In this document: positions 10,607-21,880 of the stretch, piece after piece
Layout of the letters: each line of letters begins with the position of its first letter
Numbering within the stretch: position 1 is the first letter of the stretch
Assembly (NCBI GenBank): GCA_963777955.1
Contig: CAVZSQ010000015.1
Span: 64,001-128,000, forward strand
Source: Calditrichia bacterium
GTDB lineage: Bacteria; Calditrichota; Calditrichia; JAJRVZ01
Length of the DNA: 64,000 nt
Reading direction: 5' to 3'
Program-made: the position numbers and the translations under genes
Notes under the pieces: generated by a model
Databases searched by the model: none
Told to the model about the DNA's origin: nothing
What the model saw: the letters and a program-made list of their open reading frames with translations, nothing else

Positions 10607-12202
10607 ATGCAACGAAGAAAATTTCTATATTATGGTAATTTGCTGCTCGCCGCCGTCAGCATCTGGCCGGGAAAACTGCTGGGCCGTGTGAGTTTAGGCA
10701 GCACCCGGCTTAGCGGGCTGGCAACTAAGGATAACCGGATATCGGTTATCGCTGCTTCCCTGCAGATTGAAGGGCAACTAGCCACGATGGAGAAATGGGG
10801 ATACCTCTACGTTAACCTGGCTGAATTTGCCCAGACTCTTCATTTTGGCATTTACACCAATGAAGAACGCCGGAAAACCGTACTGTATATCGGCCAGGAA
10901 CGTATCACTTTCAGCGCCGACAATACTTTTATCAATGTCAATGGACAGATTGTCCAGACCACCCTGGAATCCTTGTGGCTCGACAACCAAATGTGGGTTC
11001 CGCTGGACCATTTGGCGGCAATATTGAATAAATATACCACGCTGACTTTAAACCTGAATAAGGAGTTAAATCAACTCAGTATCGGGCGTACAGATGTCAA
11101 TGTTACGGGAATCAAGATCGCGGAAAAAGATAATGGGACCATGATTCAGGTGTTTGCTACCAAAAAATTTTCTGAGAAAGATATCGTCCTGGATATACGC
11201 TATAATTATTTCCACATCGATATTTTCGGAGCAAAAATTAATCCGCAAAGTATTGCTGCCGCGGCCACAACGGGTATTATTTCCAAAATCGAAGCGTTTC
11301 AATTGGGAGAAACAGCGTCAATCGGTTTCCGCCTTAAAGGGGAAATCCTCGGCCGGGACCTGGTCCTGAATACCGACAGTAATGATTTCTATGTCAATCT
11401 GCGTACGAGGGAAGTGCTTGGAGTGGAAGAAGAACAGGCTCAGCCGGGCGGGGAACAGACACAAAAGGTCAAAGATGAACTGGATCAGCAGAAAAAGAAG
11501 TGGCTGGTGGATACCGTGGTCATTGATGCCGGACATGGCGGCAAGGATTCGGGTGCACTGGGATTTAGCAAAATAAAGGAGAAGGATATAGTCCTGCCCA
11601 TCGCTCTGACTCTGGGAGATTTAATACAAAAAAATATGCCGGAAGTCCGGGTAATTTATACCCGTGACCGGGATGTGTTTATACCTTTATGGAAACGCAC
11701 CAAGATTGCTAATGACGCGGGAGCGAATCTGTTCATCAGTGTTCATTGTAATAGTAACCTGAACCGTAATGCCAACGGCAGCGAAACATATTTTTTAAGT
11801 GCGGATAAAGACACCAAGGCGACCGAAGTCGTGCTTAAGGAAAATTCAGCCATCGAATTTGAAGAGAGTGAAGACAAGCAGCGATACGAGGGATTGAATT
11901 TTATCCTGGCTACGATGTTGCAAAGCGTCAATATCAAACACAGTCAGTATTTTGCATCACTGATACAGAATTTTCTCAATGATAAATTGGAGAAAGTCGG
12001 CATTGTCAGTCGCGGGGTTAAACAGGGGCCTTTCTGGGTAATGGTGGGTGCTACCATGCCCAATGTCTTAATCGAAGCCGGTTATATTTCCAATAAACAC
12101 GAGGAACGAATTTTAAGTCAAGCGAGTACACAGAAAAAGATTGCCGAGGGTATTTTTAATGGATTGCGGCAATATAAAGAAGATATAGAAAATGCTATCT
12201 GA
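10607..12202 (+). CDS. N-acetylmuramoyl-L-alanine amidase (Amidase_3) with a twin-arginine-like signal
   Basis: VIDAGHGGKD, EKDIVL, FISVHCNS, PNVLIEAGYISN; N-terminus MQRRKFL. Confidence 0.9.
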   Translation: MQRRKFLYYGNLLLAAVSIWPGKLLGRVSLGSTRLSGLATKDNRISVIAASLQIEGQLATMEKWGYLYVNLAEFAQTLHFGIYTNEERRKTVLYIGQERITFSADNTFINVNGQIVQTTLESLWLDNQMWVPLDHLAAILNKYTTLTLNLNKELNQLSIGRTDVNVTGIKIAEKDNGTMIQVFATKKFSEKDIVLDIRYNYFHIDIFGAKINPQSIAAAATTGIISKIEAFQLGETASIGFRLKGEILGRDLVLNTDSNDFYVNLRTREVLGVEEEQAQPGGEQTQKVKDELDQQKKKWLVDTVVIDAGHGGKDSGALGFSKIKEKDIVLPIALTLGDLIQKNMPEVRVIYTRDRDVFIPLWKRTKIANDAGANLFISVHCNSNLNRNANGSETYFLSADKDTKATEVVLKENSAIEFEESEDKQRYEGLNFILATMLQSVNIKHSQYFASLIQNFLNDKLEKVGIVSRGVKQGPFWVMVGATMPNVLIEAGYISNKHEERILSQASTQKKIAEGIFNGLRQYKEDIENAI

Positions 12203-12210
12203 GTAACAGA

Positions 12211-13062
12211 ATGATGAATAAACCCATAGGTGTATTCGATTCTGGCATTGGCGGTCTGACCGTGGTCAAACAGTTGCTGCAATATTTACCCGATGAAGAT
12301 ATTGTTTATTTTGGAGATACAGCCCGTGTACCTTATGGCACAAAATCGGAAGAACTGATCAAGAAATATGCACTTGAAGATGCTGCTTTTTTAAAGCAAT
12401 TTGATGTAAAAATGCTGGTAGTAGCCTGTAATTCCGTGTCGGCGGTGGCTCTGGATTTACTCGTGTCGACTTGTACAATCCCGGTTTTAGGTGTGATCGA
12501 ACCTGGTGTGGATGCCGCCGTCCGTCAGACGGTTAAAAATAAAATAGGGGTCATTGGTACAACAGCCACTATCAATAGCAACGCTTACTATAGAAAAATT
12601 GTCAGGTTAAATCCGGATATTCAGGTGCTTAGTCAGCCCTGCCCGCTGCTGGTCTCTCTGGTCGAAGAAGGCTGGATCACGGAAACTATTACACGCTTAA
12701 CTATAGAAAAATATCTACAGCCCCTGCTGGCAGATGGAATAGATACGGTTATTCTGGGTTGTACCCATTATCCGGTCCTGAAAGATATGATCCAGCAGGT
12801 GGTCGGAGAGCATATATCCCTGATTGATTCGGGCAAAGAAACTGCTCGCAAAGTGAAAGAATTGTTGATAAATTCAAAATTAGAACGCCGGGACGGGGGG
12901 AAGCAATTCCTGCAGTTTTATGTAAGTGATATCCCTTTCAAATTTGACGAAATTGGAACCCGCTTTCTGGGTCGATCGTTAGTGAATACCAAGAGGGTCG
13001 AATTTGATAAATTTATAGTCGAGCAGGATAAATCCATATACGATCCCTTACAGAAAATCTGA
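12211..13062 (+). CDS. murI: Glutamate racemase
   Basis: IGVFDSGIGGLTV, VPYG, VACNS, LGCTHYP. Confidence 0.97.
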   Translation: MMNKPIGVFDSGIGGLTVVKQLLQYLPDEDIVYFGDTARVPYGTKSEELIKKYALEDAAFLKQFDVKMLVVACNSVSAVALDLLVSTCTIPVLGVIEPGVDAAVRQTVKNKIGVIGTTATINSNAYYRKIVRLNPDIQVLSQPCPLLVSLVEEGWITETITRLTIEKYLQPLLADGIDTVILGCTHYPVLKDMIQQVVGEHISLIDSGKETARKVKELLINSKLERRDGGKQFLQFYVSDIPFKFDEIGTRFLGRSLVNTKRVEFDKFIVEQDKSIYDPLQKI

Positions 13063-13075
13063 TAAAACGTAGACG

Positions 13076-14053
13076 ATGATGCCGAGAACAGCCAGTATGA
13101 AACTAACCAGATTAGTAGTGCCTGTCCTTTGTTTGTGGAGCTGGAGTGCAGTTTGCGCAGCAGCCGCAGGTGCCGGCACATCAGGATTTGAATTTTTACG
13201 CACCGATTTCAGCCCACGGTCCAGTGCCATGGGCGGAGCCTTCCTGGCTTTACGGGGAGATGTGAATGGCATCTTTCAAAATCCGGCAGGGATGGTTTAT
13301 AGCGCAGAGAGACAATTTTGCTTCAATTATACTGATTATCTTCTGGATATTTCCGGTGGGCAAGCAGGATATACCCAGCGCCTGACCGGTCACGGCCAGA
13401 TTAGCGCAGCTATTCTGTATCTGAATTATGGTTCATTTAAAGAGACCGATGAGTTCACTAATGCCAGTGGGCGCAGTTTCAGTGCCGGCGATCTGGCCCT
13501 GGCAGTATCGTATTCGGATTACTTGGAGGAGCGTTTCACATATGGTGTAACTTTTAAATATATCCATTCTAAAATTGACACTTATACGGCCAGCGCTCTG
13601 GGACTTGATCTGGGATTGATTTACGAAGCGCCCTTCAGTAATGATTTGTACCTGGGGATTGCCTTATTGAATATCGGCAAGGCACTTAGCGCTTATGTCC
13701 ATACTAAGGAAAGTCTGCCCTTAAGTCTAAAATTCGGTGTTTCCAAAAAGCTTGCTCATTTGCCGTTAGTTTATGATCTCTCTTTTTATGATCTGAACAG
13801 GTCTGAAGATAAATTCGTGGATCGTTTGAAAAAATTCGCGATCGGCGGTGAATTCACGCTGTCGCAATTATTCCGCCTGAGGTTGGGTTATGATCATGAT
13901 CTGCATCAGGATCTGGATACACCATCGGCAAAATTTTCCGGAGTTTCTCTGGGCTTCGGGGTAGTCTGGCGTACCTACCGTTTTGATTATTCTTTTTCTT
14001 CTTACGGAGATCTCGATAATGCCCACCGTTTTGGAATACAGGGTTCTTTTTGA
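13076..14053 (+). CDS. PorV/PorQ-family outer-membrane beta-barrel protein
   Basis: Signal peptide; FL...PRSSAMGGA...NPAG N-terminal motif; alternating beta-strands; C-terminal Phe. Confidence 0.75.
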   Translation: MMPRTASMKLTRLVVPVLCLWSWSAVCAAAAGAGTSGFEFLRTDFSPRSSAMGGAFLALRGDVNGIFQNPAGMVYSAERQFCFNYTDYLLDISGGQAGYTQRLTGHGQISAAILYLNYGSFKETDEFTNASGRSFSAGDLALAVSYSDYLEERFTYGVTFKYIHSKIDTYTASALGLDLGLIYEAPFSNDLYLGIALLNIGKALSAYVHTKESLPLSLKFGVSKKLAHLPLVYDLSFYDLNRSEDKFVDRLKKFAIGGEFTLSQLFRLRLGYDHDLHQDLDTPSAKFSGVSLGFGVVWRTYRFDYSFSSYGDLDNAHRFGIQGSF

Positions 14054-14154
14054 TCTATCTTTCTCTTCCTGTACATCTGATCTCCGGCCTGCCCCTGCCG
14101 GGCAATATTAACACAACTGCGTGATTATAATATGGCAATATAGCGGAAAAGATT

Positions 14155-15147
14155 ATGTTTATTGATGAAGCCAGGATCATAGTTAAATCGGGACAGGGTG
14201 GCAGCGGCTGTGCCAGTTTCAGGCGGGAAAAATTTGTGCCCAAAGGCGGGCCTGATGGCGGAGACGGCGGCAATGGCGGCAGTGTAATCATCATGGCCGA
14301 AAGGCATTTGCATACACTGATAGATTTTCGTTATCAGCACAAATACCAGGCAGCAAGGGGACAACACGGGCAAGGCGCGAATAAACAGGGAAAAAGCGCT
14401 CCTGATTTAATTATCAAAGTGCCGGCTGGTACGGTTATCCGCGATGCTGAAACTGGAGAAATCGTGGCAGATTTCGTCCATGATGGAGATAACTGTTTGA
14501 TCGTCAAAGGCGGCAGAGGAGGACGGGGAAATGCGGCTTTTACCACCTCTACCAACCAGGCTCCGCGCAAGTGGGAAGTTGGTCAACGCGGCCAGCAGAA
14601 AATTCTGGAATTGGAACTAAAATTGCTTGCAGATATAGGACTGGTGGGATTCCCCAATGCGGGTAAATCAACACTGTTGTCGCGAATTTCGGCAGCGCAT
14701 CCTAAGATTGCCGATTACCCGTTCACGACGCTGGAGCCGAATCTGGGTATCGTGAGTTATAAAAATTACCAGCAACTGGTGGTGGCCGACATCCCCGGTC
14801 TGATTGCCGGATCCCATCAGGGTAAAGGATTGGGGCATAAATTTCTTCGCCATATTGAACGGACCCGGGCCCTGGCCTTTATGATCGAATCAACAGATCA
14901 AAGACCGGATAAAACTTTTAAAATCCTGTTCAATGAATTGAAAGCATTTAGTCCTATGCTGGTTAAGAAACCGTTCATCATCTTGCTGACCAAATCCGAT
15001 CTGCAGCAGGGATCGGTAAAAATCAAAAAATTTAAGGGTGACTATACCGTAATCTCTTTTTCTGCGGCTACGGGTGAAAATTTGCCAGCAGTCATCGCTG
15101 CTTTCTTTAAACTGGTGCTCCAGGCAAATTCAAAAAATATGGCATGA
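14155..15147 (+). CDS. obgE: GTPase ObgE/CgtA
   Basis: MFIDEA, FRREKFVPKGGPDGGDGG, GFPNAGKST, YPFTTL, DIPGLI. Confidence 0.97.
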   Translation: MFIDEARIIVKSGQGGSGCASFRREKFVPKGGPDGGDGGNGGSVIIMAERHLHTLIDFRYQHKYQAARGQHGQGANKQGKSAPDLIIKVPAGTVIRDAETGEIVADFVHDGDNCLIVKGGRGGRGNAAFTTSTNQAPRKWEVGQRGQQKILELELKLLADIGLVGFPNAGKSTLLSRISAAHPKIADYPFTTLEPNLGIVSYKNYQQLVVADIPGLIAGSHQGKGLGHKFLRHIERTRALAFMIESTDQRPDKTFKILFNELKAFSPMLVKKPFIILLTKSDLQQGSVKIKKFKGDYTVISFSAATGENLPAVIAAFFKLVLQANSKNMA

Positions 15148-16234
15148 CCTGCGCTGAAATTATTCCTTTATTAAGACTCTATTCAATTCCGGGGATTGGT
15201 TCGGGACGAATGCGCCAGTTAATCGGCAATCTGGGCTCGGCTCAAACCGTGCTGGATGCACCGGTTCAAAAATTAATCCGCGTACCTGGTGTGGATCGGG
15301 CGATCGCCTTAAAAATCAAGAGATCGGTCGATGAAAAATTCGTAGAGCAGCAGTTAAAATTGCTGCAGCAATTCAATATTAAACTGCTGACCTTCTGGGA
15401 TGATGAATATCCTGAATCCTTAAAACGAATATTTGATCCCCCGGCCTTTATTTATTATAAAGGTTCCCTTAAGCCTGAAGACAAACTGGCTCTGGCGATA
15501 GTCGGTACAAGAGTTCCGACTCAATACGGAAAAATAGTCACGGAGCAGTTGTGTAAAGATCTGGTGGAAAATGATATTACGGTAGTCAGCGGATTGGCCA
15601 GGGGTATCGATACCCAGGCTCATCGCAGTGTCATTATGAATCGGGGCCGGACCCTGGCTGTGCTCGGCTGCGGATTGGATAGAATCTATCCCCCTGAGAA
15701 TAAAAAACTGGCCGAAGAGATCGAAGGAAATGGCGCCCTGATCAGCGAATACCCGCTGGGTACCATGCCCGATGCCGGAAATTTTCCCCGCCGTAACCGG
15801 ATCATCAGCGGTCTGAGTTTGGGTGTCCTGATCATTGAAGCAGGTATGAAGAGCGGTGCGCTGATCACGGCATTTCAGGCTCTGGAACAAAATCGTGAAG
15901 TGTTCGCTGTCCCCGGTCCGATCAACTCAGGAAAAGTATCGGCACCAACCAATTGATCAAAGAAGGTGCCAAACTTGTCCAAAATATCTCGGATATTTTA
16001 AAGGAGTTAGCCGGACAGCTTGAATCAAAAACCAAGAAAGTTGAGCAAAGAATTGCCAATCTGAATAAAATCGAAAATGAAGTATATAATCTGTTGAGTA
16101 AAGATCCGGTTCATGTGGATCGACTGGTTCAGTGCACGCAAAAATCAGCACCGGAAATTCTGGCAGTTCTGCTGACCCTGGAGTTGCTGGGATTAATCCG
16201 TCAACTTTCAGGTAAAATGTTTATTCGGATTTAG
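15144..16234 (+). CDS. dprA: DNA-processing protein DprA; apparent frameshift near 15935
   Basis: AIVGTR, VSGLARGIDT, FPRRNRIISGLS, SGALITA, REVFAVPG; C-terminal LIKEGAKLV and winged helix in ORF 15953-16234. Confidence 0.93.
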
Positions 16235-16260
16235 CCAGATAGAGTCTGAATCAGGCTGGA

Positions 16261-17058
16261 TCAGCTTAGCGGACGATACCAGCTGCTTAACTGCCTGATG
16301 CTCCATACTACAATCACAGCCGCGGGAATTAAAATATAAACTGAAACATGGTCACCCATCAGGTACCAGTTCAGCTGATCCCCTATATTATAAAAGATCA
16401 ATGACAATAAATTGTTCAGACCATGTACGATAATTGCCGGTACAATCGAGTCGGCGCGCCAGGCCAGAAAGCCGATAACAACGCCCATTAAAAAAATCTG
16501 AATAGCCCACCAGGGGTTCATATGTATCATGGTCCAGGTCAGGCTGGTCAGTAAAACCGCCCGGGTCGGATCGCCTTTGCGTTCAAGACTGACCTGCAGG
16601 AAGCCGCGGAACAGTATCTCTTCTGCAAAGGCAGCCAGCAGGACAACCCCCAGCAATAGCATCACCCAATCAGTGCTGGTCTCGGCCCGCATAAACCGGA
16701 GTTCTTCGATTAACCACTGGGGAGCAGGGAGGAAAATCTGTATCAAGCGGTCCACCTCGTCACTGACTACACCCAGGGCGATACCAAGCAGCATGCTCAC
16801 GGAGAGGACTTCGACCGGAACTGCTTTAAAACGGAAGATGGCTCCGGCATTATACTTTCGCATTTTTACATATATAAGCGGGAAGATCAGGAAAGGTATA
16901 TCGCCCAGGACGAGTAACCATCTGGCCTGGGGTTCTATAGCTGAACCGGACAGGAAGATCCAGATTCTCAGGATAGAAGCAACTCCCAGAACGAAACCGA
17001 ATATCACCAGCACGACTACCAGTGCTTCCACAGGTTCCGGGAATTTTTTTTCTTCCAT
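16261..17058 (-). CDS. CPBP (CAAX/Abi) intramembrane metalloprotease
   Basis: EEILFRG, WTMIH, HGLNN motifs; multiple TM helices. Confidence 0.88.
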   Translation of the reverse strand: MEEKKFPEPVEALVVVLVIFGFVLGVASILRIWIFLSGSAIEPQARWLLVLGDIPFLIFPLIYVKMRKYNAGAIFRFKAVPVEVLSVSMLLGIALGVVSDEVDRLIQIFLPAPQWLIEELRFMRAETSTDWVMLLLGVVLLAAFAEEILFRGFLQVSLERKGDPTRAVLLTSLTWTMIHMNPWWAIQIFLMGVVIGFLAWRADSIVPAIIVHGLNNLLSLIFYNIGDQLNWYLMGDHVSVYILIPAAVIVVWSIRQLSSWYRPLS

Positions 17059-17064
17059 ATCGAT

Positions 17065-17859
17065 TCATCCTTTCGTTATCTGATAGAACATAATTCCGGC
17101 GGAAACAGCCAGGTTCAACGATTCTATATTACCTCTCTGGGGAATCGTAAGCCGTTGATCAACCAGTTTAAGTACTGATTCAGACAGGCCCGCGGCCTCA
17201 GAACCAAATACCAGTAATATTTTATTTTCAGGATTTATTTCAGTGATGGACTGGCCTCCGTCCGGAACGGCTGCAATTACCAGGTAACCTTGCGGTTTCA
17301 GCCGGGTTACCACCTGATCGAATGGTAAATTTGCATAAATATTTGCCGCGAAGATTGCACCGGCGCTGGCCCGCACGGATTTTGGATTATAAGCATCGAC
17401 ACAACCGGGACTTAAAACCACTGATTTTATTCCAAACCAGACCATACTGCGCAGGATAGTGCCCAGGTTGCCTGCATCCGAAATCTGTTCCAGGAATACG
17501 ATGACCCGCTCGCGGCCTGTCTGCAACTCATGACTGTTTTTTAATCTTTTGGCCACGATAAAAAAAATTCCCGGGGCAGTGACCTCAGCTGACAGGCGTT
17601 GCATCTGACGTTCCGTGCTGCGATAGACCTGAATTTTTCTGTCGGCTGCCGTACGCAGGATATGTGAGCCCTGTTCGGTATCAAGCACCCGGTTACTTAA
17701 AATAATTTCCAGAATTTTTGTTGCTGGCTCATCAAAGGCAGCGCTTAGTAACCGGTAACCTTCGCCAAAATACAAATCCAGCTGGTCACGGTATTTTTTC
17801 TGATGTGCTTTATGCAGCAGTTTTTGTTTATTTGCAGAAAGGGGCGGAGGAGTATTCAT
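17065..17859 (-). CDS. TrmH/SpoU-family RNA methyltransferase
   Basis: DAGNLGTILRS, VRASAG, VFGSEAAG, ESLNLAVSAGI. Confidence 0.92.
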   Translation of the reverse strand: MNTPPPLSANKQKLLHKAHQKKYRDQLDLYFGEGYRLLSAAFDEPATKILEIILSNRVLDTEQGSHILRTAADRKIQVYRSTERQMQRLSAEVTAPGIFFIVAKRLKNSHELQTGRERVIVFLEQISDAGNLGTILRSMVWFGIKSVVLSPGCVDAYNPKSVRASAGAIFAANIYANLPFDQVVTRLKPQGYLVIAAVPDGGQSITEINPENKILLVFGSEAAGLSESVLKLVDQRLTIPQRGNIESLNLAVSAGIMFYQITKG

Positions 17860-17874
17860 GTACTATGATCTGAT

Positions 17875-19137
17875 TTATAGGATCTTCGCCAGAAACTGAT
17901 CGATCTGGTCGATGGGAACTGAATGCTGTTTTCCATCCTGCATATCTTTAATCGAATATTGGCCCAGCTCCATCTCATTATCTCCCATTAAAACCACCAG
18001 CCGGGCCTGCTGACGATTGGCTTCGCGCAGTTGTGCTTTTAAACTGCGCAGAGAATAATCCTGATCGGCTTTATACCCGGATTGCCGTAAATGTTGTAAT
18101 AATAAAGAGGCATGCTCTACCGCGCGTGCCCCCAGCGCTGCAATGAAAACCTGCATTTTTTCTTTATCTTCCGGCAGTTTGTGCTGTGCTTCCAGAACCA
18201 GCAGCAGTCTCTCCATTCCCGAAGCAAAACCAACCGCAGGTGTGGCTTCGCCACCCAGTTGTTCCGCCAGCAGGTCGTATCGTCCTCCCCCGCAAATGGC
18301 ATCCTGCGAGCCCAACTCCTTGCTGGTTATTTCGAATACAGTCCGGGTATAATAATCCAGGCCGCGGACCAGATAGGGATTTAACTCATAGTGCAGGCTG
18401 TGTTTGCTGAGTAATGTTTTTACCTGCTCAAAATGATTCCGGCAATCGTCATTCAAATAATCGAGCAGCAAGGGGGCATTTTTATTCAATTCGCGGCAAC
18501 CGCTCTCCTTGCAATCCAAAATTCGCAGGGGATTGGTTTCAAACCGTTTCTGGCAGTTGGGGCAATACTGCTGCAGCAGTGGTTTCAGATAAGATTTCAG
18601 GACACTTTTATAGACAGTGCGTGATTCGGGATCACCGACCGAGTTGATCATCAGGTTCAGACCGGTAATACCCAACCGGCGATAAATTTCAACAGCCAGT
18701 AAAATTATTTCCACGTCGACCTGCGCCGAGATGGAACCAAGTGCTTCTGCTCCGAATTGATGAAATTGGCGCAGGCGGCCGGCCTGTGGATTTTCCTGAC
18801 GGAACAGGGCAGAGATATAATATAATTTATTGAAACTCGATTTGGCCGCCAGGTTGTTTTCGATATAGGCCCGCATCAGCGAAGCGGTCATTTCCGGTTT
18901 CAGGGTAAGATTTTTTTGACCACGGTCGGCAAAAGTGTACATTTCTTTGGATACTATATCGGTATTCTGGCCGATACTGCGGGCAAATAATTCGGTTTGT
19001 TCAAAAACCGGGGTACGCAATTCTTTATAATTGTACTGATCCATACAGGTCCGGATGGTCTGTTCGATGCTCAACCACAGAATCGATTGTTCCGGTAAAA
19101 TGTCCTGCGTACCTCTGATTCGTTTAAATTTTTGCAC
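17875..19137 (-). CDS. hisS: Histidine--tRNA ligase
   Basis: RGTQD, KEMY, FRQENPQAGRLRQFHQ, VRGLDYY, GGGRYD. Confidence 0.97.
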   Translation of the reverse strand: MQKFKRIRGTQDILPEQSILWLSIEQTIRTCMDQYNYKELRTPVFEQTELFARSIGQNTDIVSKEMYTFADRGQKNLTLKPEMTASLMRAYIENNLAAKSSFNKLYYISALFRQENPQAGRLRQFHQFGAEALGSISAQVDVEIILLAVEIYRRLGITGLNLMINSVGDPESRTVYKSVLKSYLKPLLQQYCPNCQKRFETNPLRILDCKESGCRELNKNAPLLLDYLNDDCRNHFEQVKTLLSKHSLHYELNPYLVRGLDYYTRTVFEITSKELGSQDAICGGGRYDLLAEQLGGEATPAVGFASGMERLLLVLEAQHKLPEDKEKMQVFIAALGARAVEHASLLLQHLRQSGYKADQDYSLRSLKAQLREANRQQARLVVLMGDNEMELGQYSIKDMQDGKQHSVPIDQIDQFLAKIL

Positions 19138-19332
19138 GTATTCTTCTCCGCAGAATATTGGTTGAAAACCTAATATTACTTTTTAAAACTGTATTTTGCA
19201 AGAGCGCTGGCGCAGAATGGTGATCAGAAATTATTTATGTACGGGCAGGATCAAATCCCTGTGGACGGTTCTGGTCGAAGGGGCTCCGCTATCGGATTCC
19301 CGGCCGGATCGCCGGATTATAAACCAGATCGA

Positions 19333-19807
19333 TCAGTCGATCTCGAAAAAGTAGTTTTCTTCTTCCTGGATCAGGTCAAACGCCTCATCCTTATTTTTAC
19401 AGGCTGCCAGCTGGTTTCGCAATTCTTCGTTACTCATCAACCGTGAAATCCGGCTGAGCAGTTTAATATGCAGGCCGGGATTATTTTCCGGCCCGACCAG
19501 CAGGAATATAATTTTTACGGGTTTTTTATCAATAGCGTTGAAATCCACTCCACCGGGCTGAATACCCAGCCCTACTGCAAATTGGGGACAGTCGGAATGT
19601 TTACAGTGAGGTATGGCAATAGCTGTTGCCCACACCGGTAGTCATTATTTTCTCACGTTCCAGAACGGCTTTAAGTATGGTTTCCTTTGATTTTACGGAT
19701 TTGTTTTCGAATAATTTCTCTATAAGTTCTTTTATACAGGTATCACGTGTTTTGCCCCGCAGAGGAATTTTAATCAAATCTTTAAGTAATACATCAATGA
19801 GGCGCAT
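19333..19807 (-). CDS. PTS EIIA (fructose/nitrogen-regulatory type); apparent frameshift near 19625
   Basis: LEREKIMTTGVG continues as IAIPHCK...VDFNAIDKKPVKIIFLL...HIKLLSRISR across two ORFs. Confidence 0.85.
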
Positions 19808-19933
19808 TTGTTTCTCCCGCTTATTTATTTTGAATTTATACAAAATCGATAAAAAGGAAAAGACTTTTTTCTGAAAATAAGCCGCCCCTGACCGAATTTG
19901 CCCGCAGCAGGTACAGGGAGTTGTATAAATTAA

Positions 19934-19962
19934 TTGACATAAAAATTATGCCTTGTTAAATT
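19934..19962 (+). promoter_or_regulatory. Putative sigma70 promoter
   Basis: TTGACA-N17-TAAATT upstream of SD GGAG and ATG 19986. Confidence 0.6.
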
Positions 19963-19985
19963 GAAAAAGAGTCAGTGGAGTTAAC

Positions 19986-20439
19986 ATGAAGTTAAGCGAT
20001 TTTATACGGATGGAATCATATTATTTTAAATTTGCGCGGGACCACCAAGCTGGAAATAATCGAGGAGTTGCTGGGTTGCATAAATGACATGGGCTTGGTC
20101 AGCGATTACGATACGGCGCTTCATGATATTATGGTGCGGGAATCCAGCCAGAGTACAGGTCTGGAAAATGGCATCGCCATCCCCCATGCTAAAACAGAAG
20201 CAGCAAAAAAACTCTGTATGGTCTTTGGCATCAAAAATGATGGTGTGGATTTTAAAACACTTGATGATAAACCCGCCTATCTGTTTTTTCTGGTACTGTC
20301 GCCGATCAATACCTCTGGTCCGCATATACAGGCACTGGCATTGATAACCCGGAATCTTAAGGAGCATGAGACACGGGAAAAGATTCTGAAGGCCAGGTCG
20401 GCAAATGAGATAATTCAAATTTTTGAATCATTTAACTGA
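19986..20439 (+). CDS. PTS EIIA (fructose/nitrogen-regulatory type); apparent frameshift near 20012
   Basis: ATG 19986 (MKLSDFIRM) with SD; RESSQSTGLENGIAIPHAK, GVDFKTLDDKP, HIQALA. Confidence 0.85.
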
Positions 20440-20443
20440 CATA

Positions 20444-21398
20444 ATGAGTACAAACGATATCTTCCAAGAACGACTTGATGATTTCCGCCGTAAAATAACT
20501 GCCGAACTTAAAAATTTACCGGCAGCCGATACTATTTCATTATTTTATGAACCGATTCATTATGTAAATACCCTGCCCGGTAAAAAAATACGTCCGCTGT
20601 TAACCCTCATCTCAGGTCTTGCCGTTGGCGGGCAACTGGACAACCTGATATTTCCGTCGGCCGCCATCGAATTACTGCATAACTTTTCACTGGTGCATGA
20701 TGACATCATGGATAATGATGATACCCGTCGCGGCCAGCCGACTGTTCATGTTAAATGGGATGTCGGTACAGCCATACTGACCGGTGACGGCTTGCTCGGT
20801 TTTGCTTACCGCAAATTGTTGGATACACCTAATATCCGTACCAACCGTCTGGCAGTTCTGTTCACCGAGGCTATGCTGGAAATTTGTGAAGGCCAGGCTT
20901 TGGACAAGATTTTCGAAACCCGCGACAGAGGTCAGTGAAAAATCATATTTTGCCATGATTGCTAAAAAAACTGCCAGATTGATGCAACTGGCCTGTGAGA
21001 TGGGGGCGATCGTCGGTACCGGAACGGGCAGCGAGATCCGCGCCCTGGCAAATTTTGGCTACAACCTGGGTATCGGTTTCCAGATCCAGGATGATCTGCT
21101 GGATATCTTTGCCGATGAAGAACGATTAGGTAAACCGGTCGGTAGTGATCTGAAGAGGAATAAGAAAACCATCGTCTCAATCAAATTGTATAAGAGTGCC
21201 GGCATCACAGATCTTTATCAATATCAACTGGCGGAAATCAAACAGTTACTGGATAAACATGGTGTGATCAACGAAGTGAACCGGATCTCTGAATCATATT
21301 TTTCGAAAGCTTATGGTTATCTGCGCAAAATCACCGGAACAGAATACAAACAATTATTAATCTATATCCTGGATCTTATTAAAAACCGGGAAAAGTGA
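20444..21398 (+). CDS. Polyprenyl diphosphate synthase; apparent frameshift near 20928
   Basis: GKKIRP, first DDxxD (LVHDDIMD) and RRG; KKTA and second motif FQIQDDLLD, GKPVGSDL in the next frame. Confidence 0.9.
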
Positions 21399-21880
21399 TG
21401 AAAGATAGATTTTTTATCTTCATCCTGGTCCTGTCTAACCTGTATTGTCAACCATCCGTCCGCTATAGCAGTAAAACAGAAATTACCGCGGATCAGGACT
21501 ACACGGCACCAGCCATCTTCACCAAATTAACCGGGTTTATTCAGACCTGGTTGCATACACCTTATAAATATGGCGGTACCAGTAAGAGCGGGATTGACTG
21601 CTCCGGATTAACCATACAGTTCATGAAATATGCATACGGAATCAGGATTTCGCGTCAGGCACAGGATCAGTACGATCAGGGCGAAAAGGTTTTACGATCG
21701 CGCCTGCAACCGGGTAACCTGGTATTTTTTGCGGAGCACCGCGGCCAGGAAATAAGTCATGCCGGTATTTATCTGGGCGATAACAAGTTTATTCATGCCT
21801 CGGAATCGGAAGGAGTTATAATCTCGAACCTGGACGAAGAACACTATTCGGCCAGATATGCCGGTGCCTGCCGTTATTGA
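21395..21880 (+). CDS. NlpC/P60 (C40) peptidoglycan endopeptidase
   Basis: PYKYGG, GIDCSG, LVFF, HAGIYLG, FIHAS. Confidence 0.92.
   Translation: MMKDRFFIFILVLSNLYCQPSVRYSSKTEITADQDYTAPAIFTKLTGFIQTWLHTPYKYGGTSKSGIDCSGLTIQFMKYAYGIRISRQAQDQYDQGEKVLRSRLQPGNLVFFAEHRGQEISHAGIYLGDNKFIHASESEGVIISNLDEEHYSARYAGACRY

Noticed and set aside
19140..19330. T-box or other leader upstream of hisS
   Set aside because: GC-rich patch, but no T-box consensus or terminator/antiterminator was recognisable.
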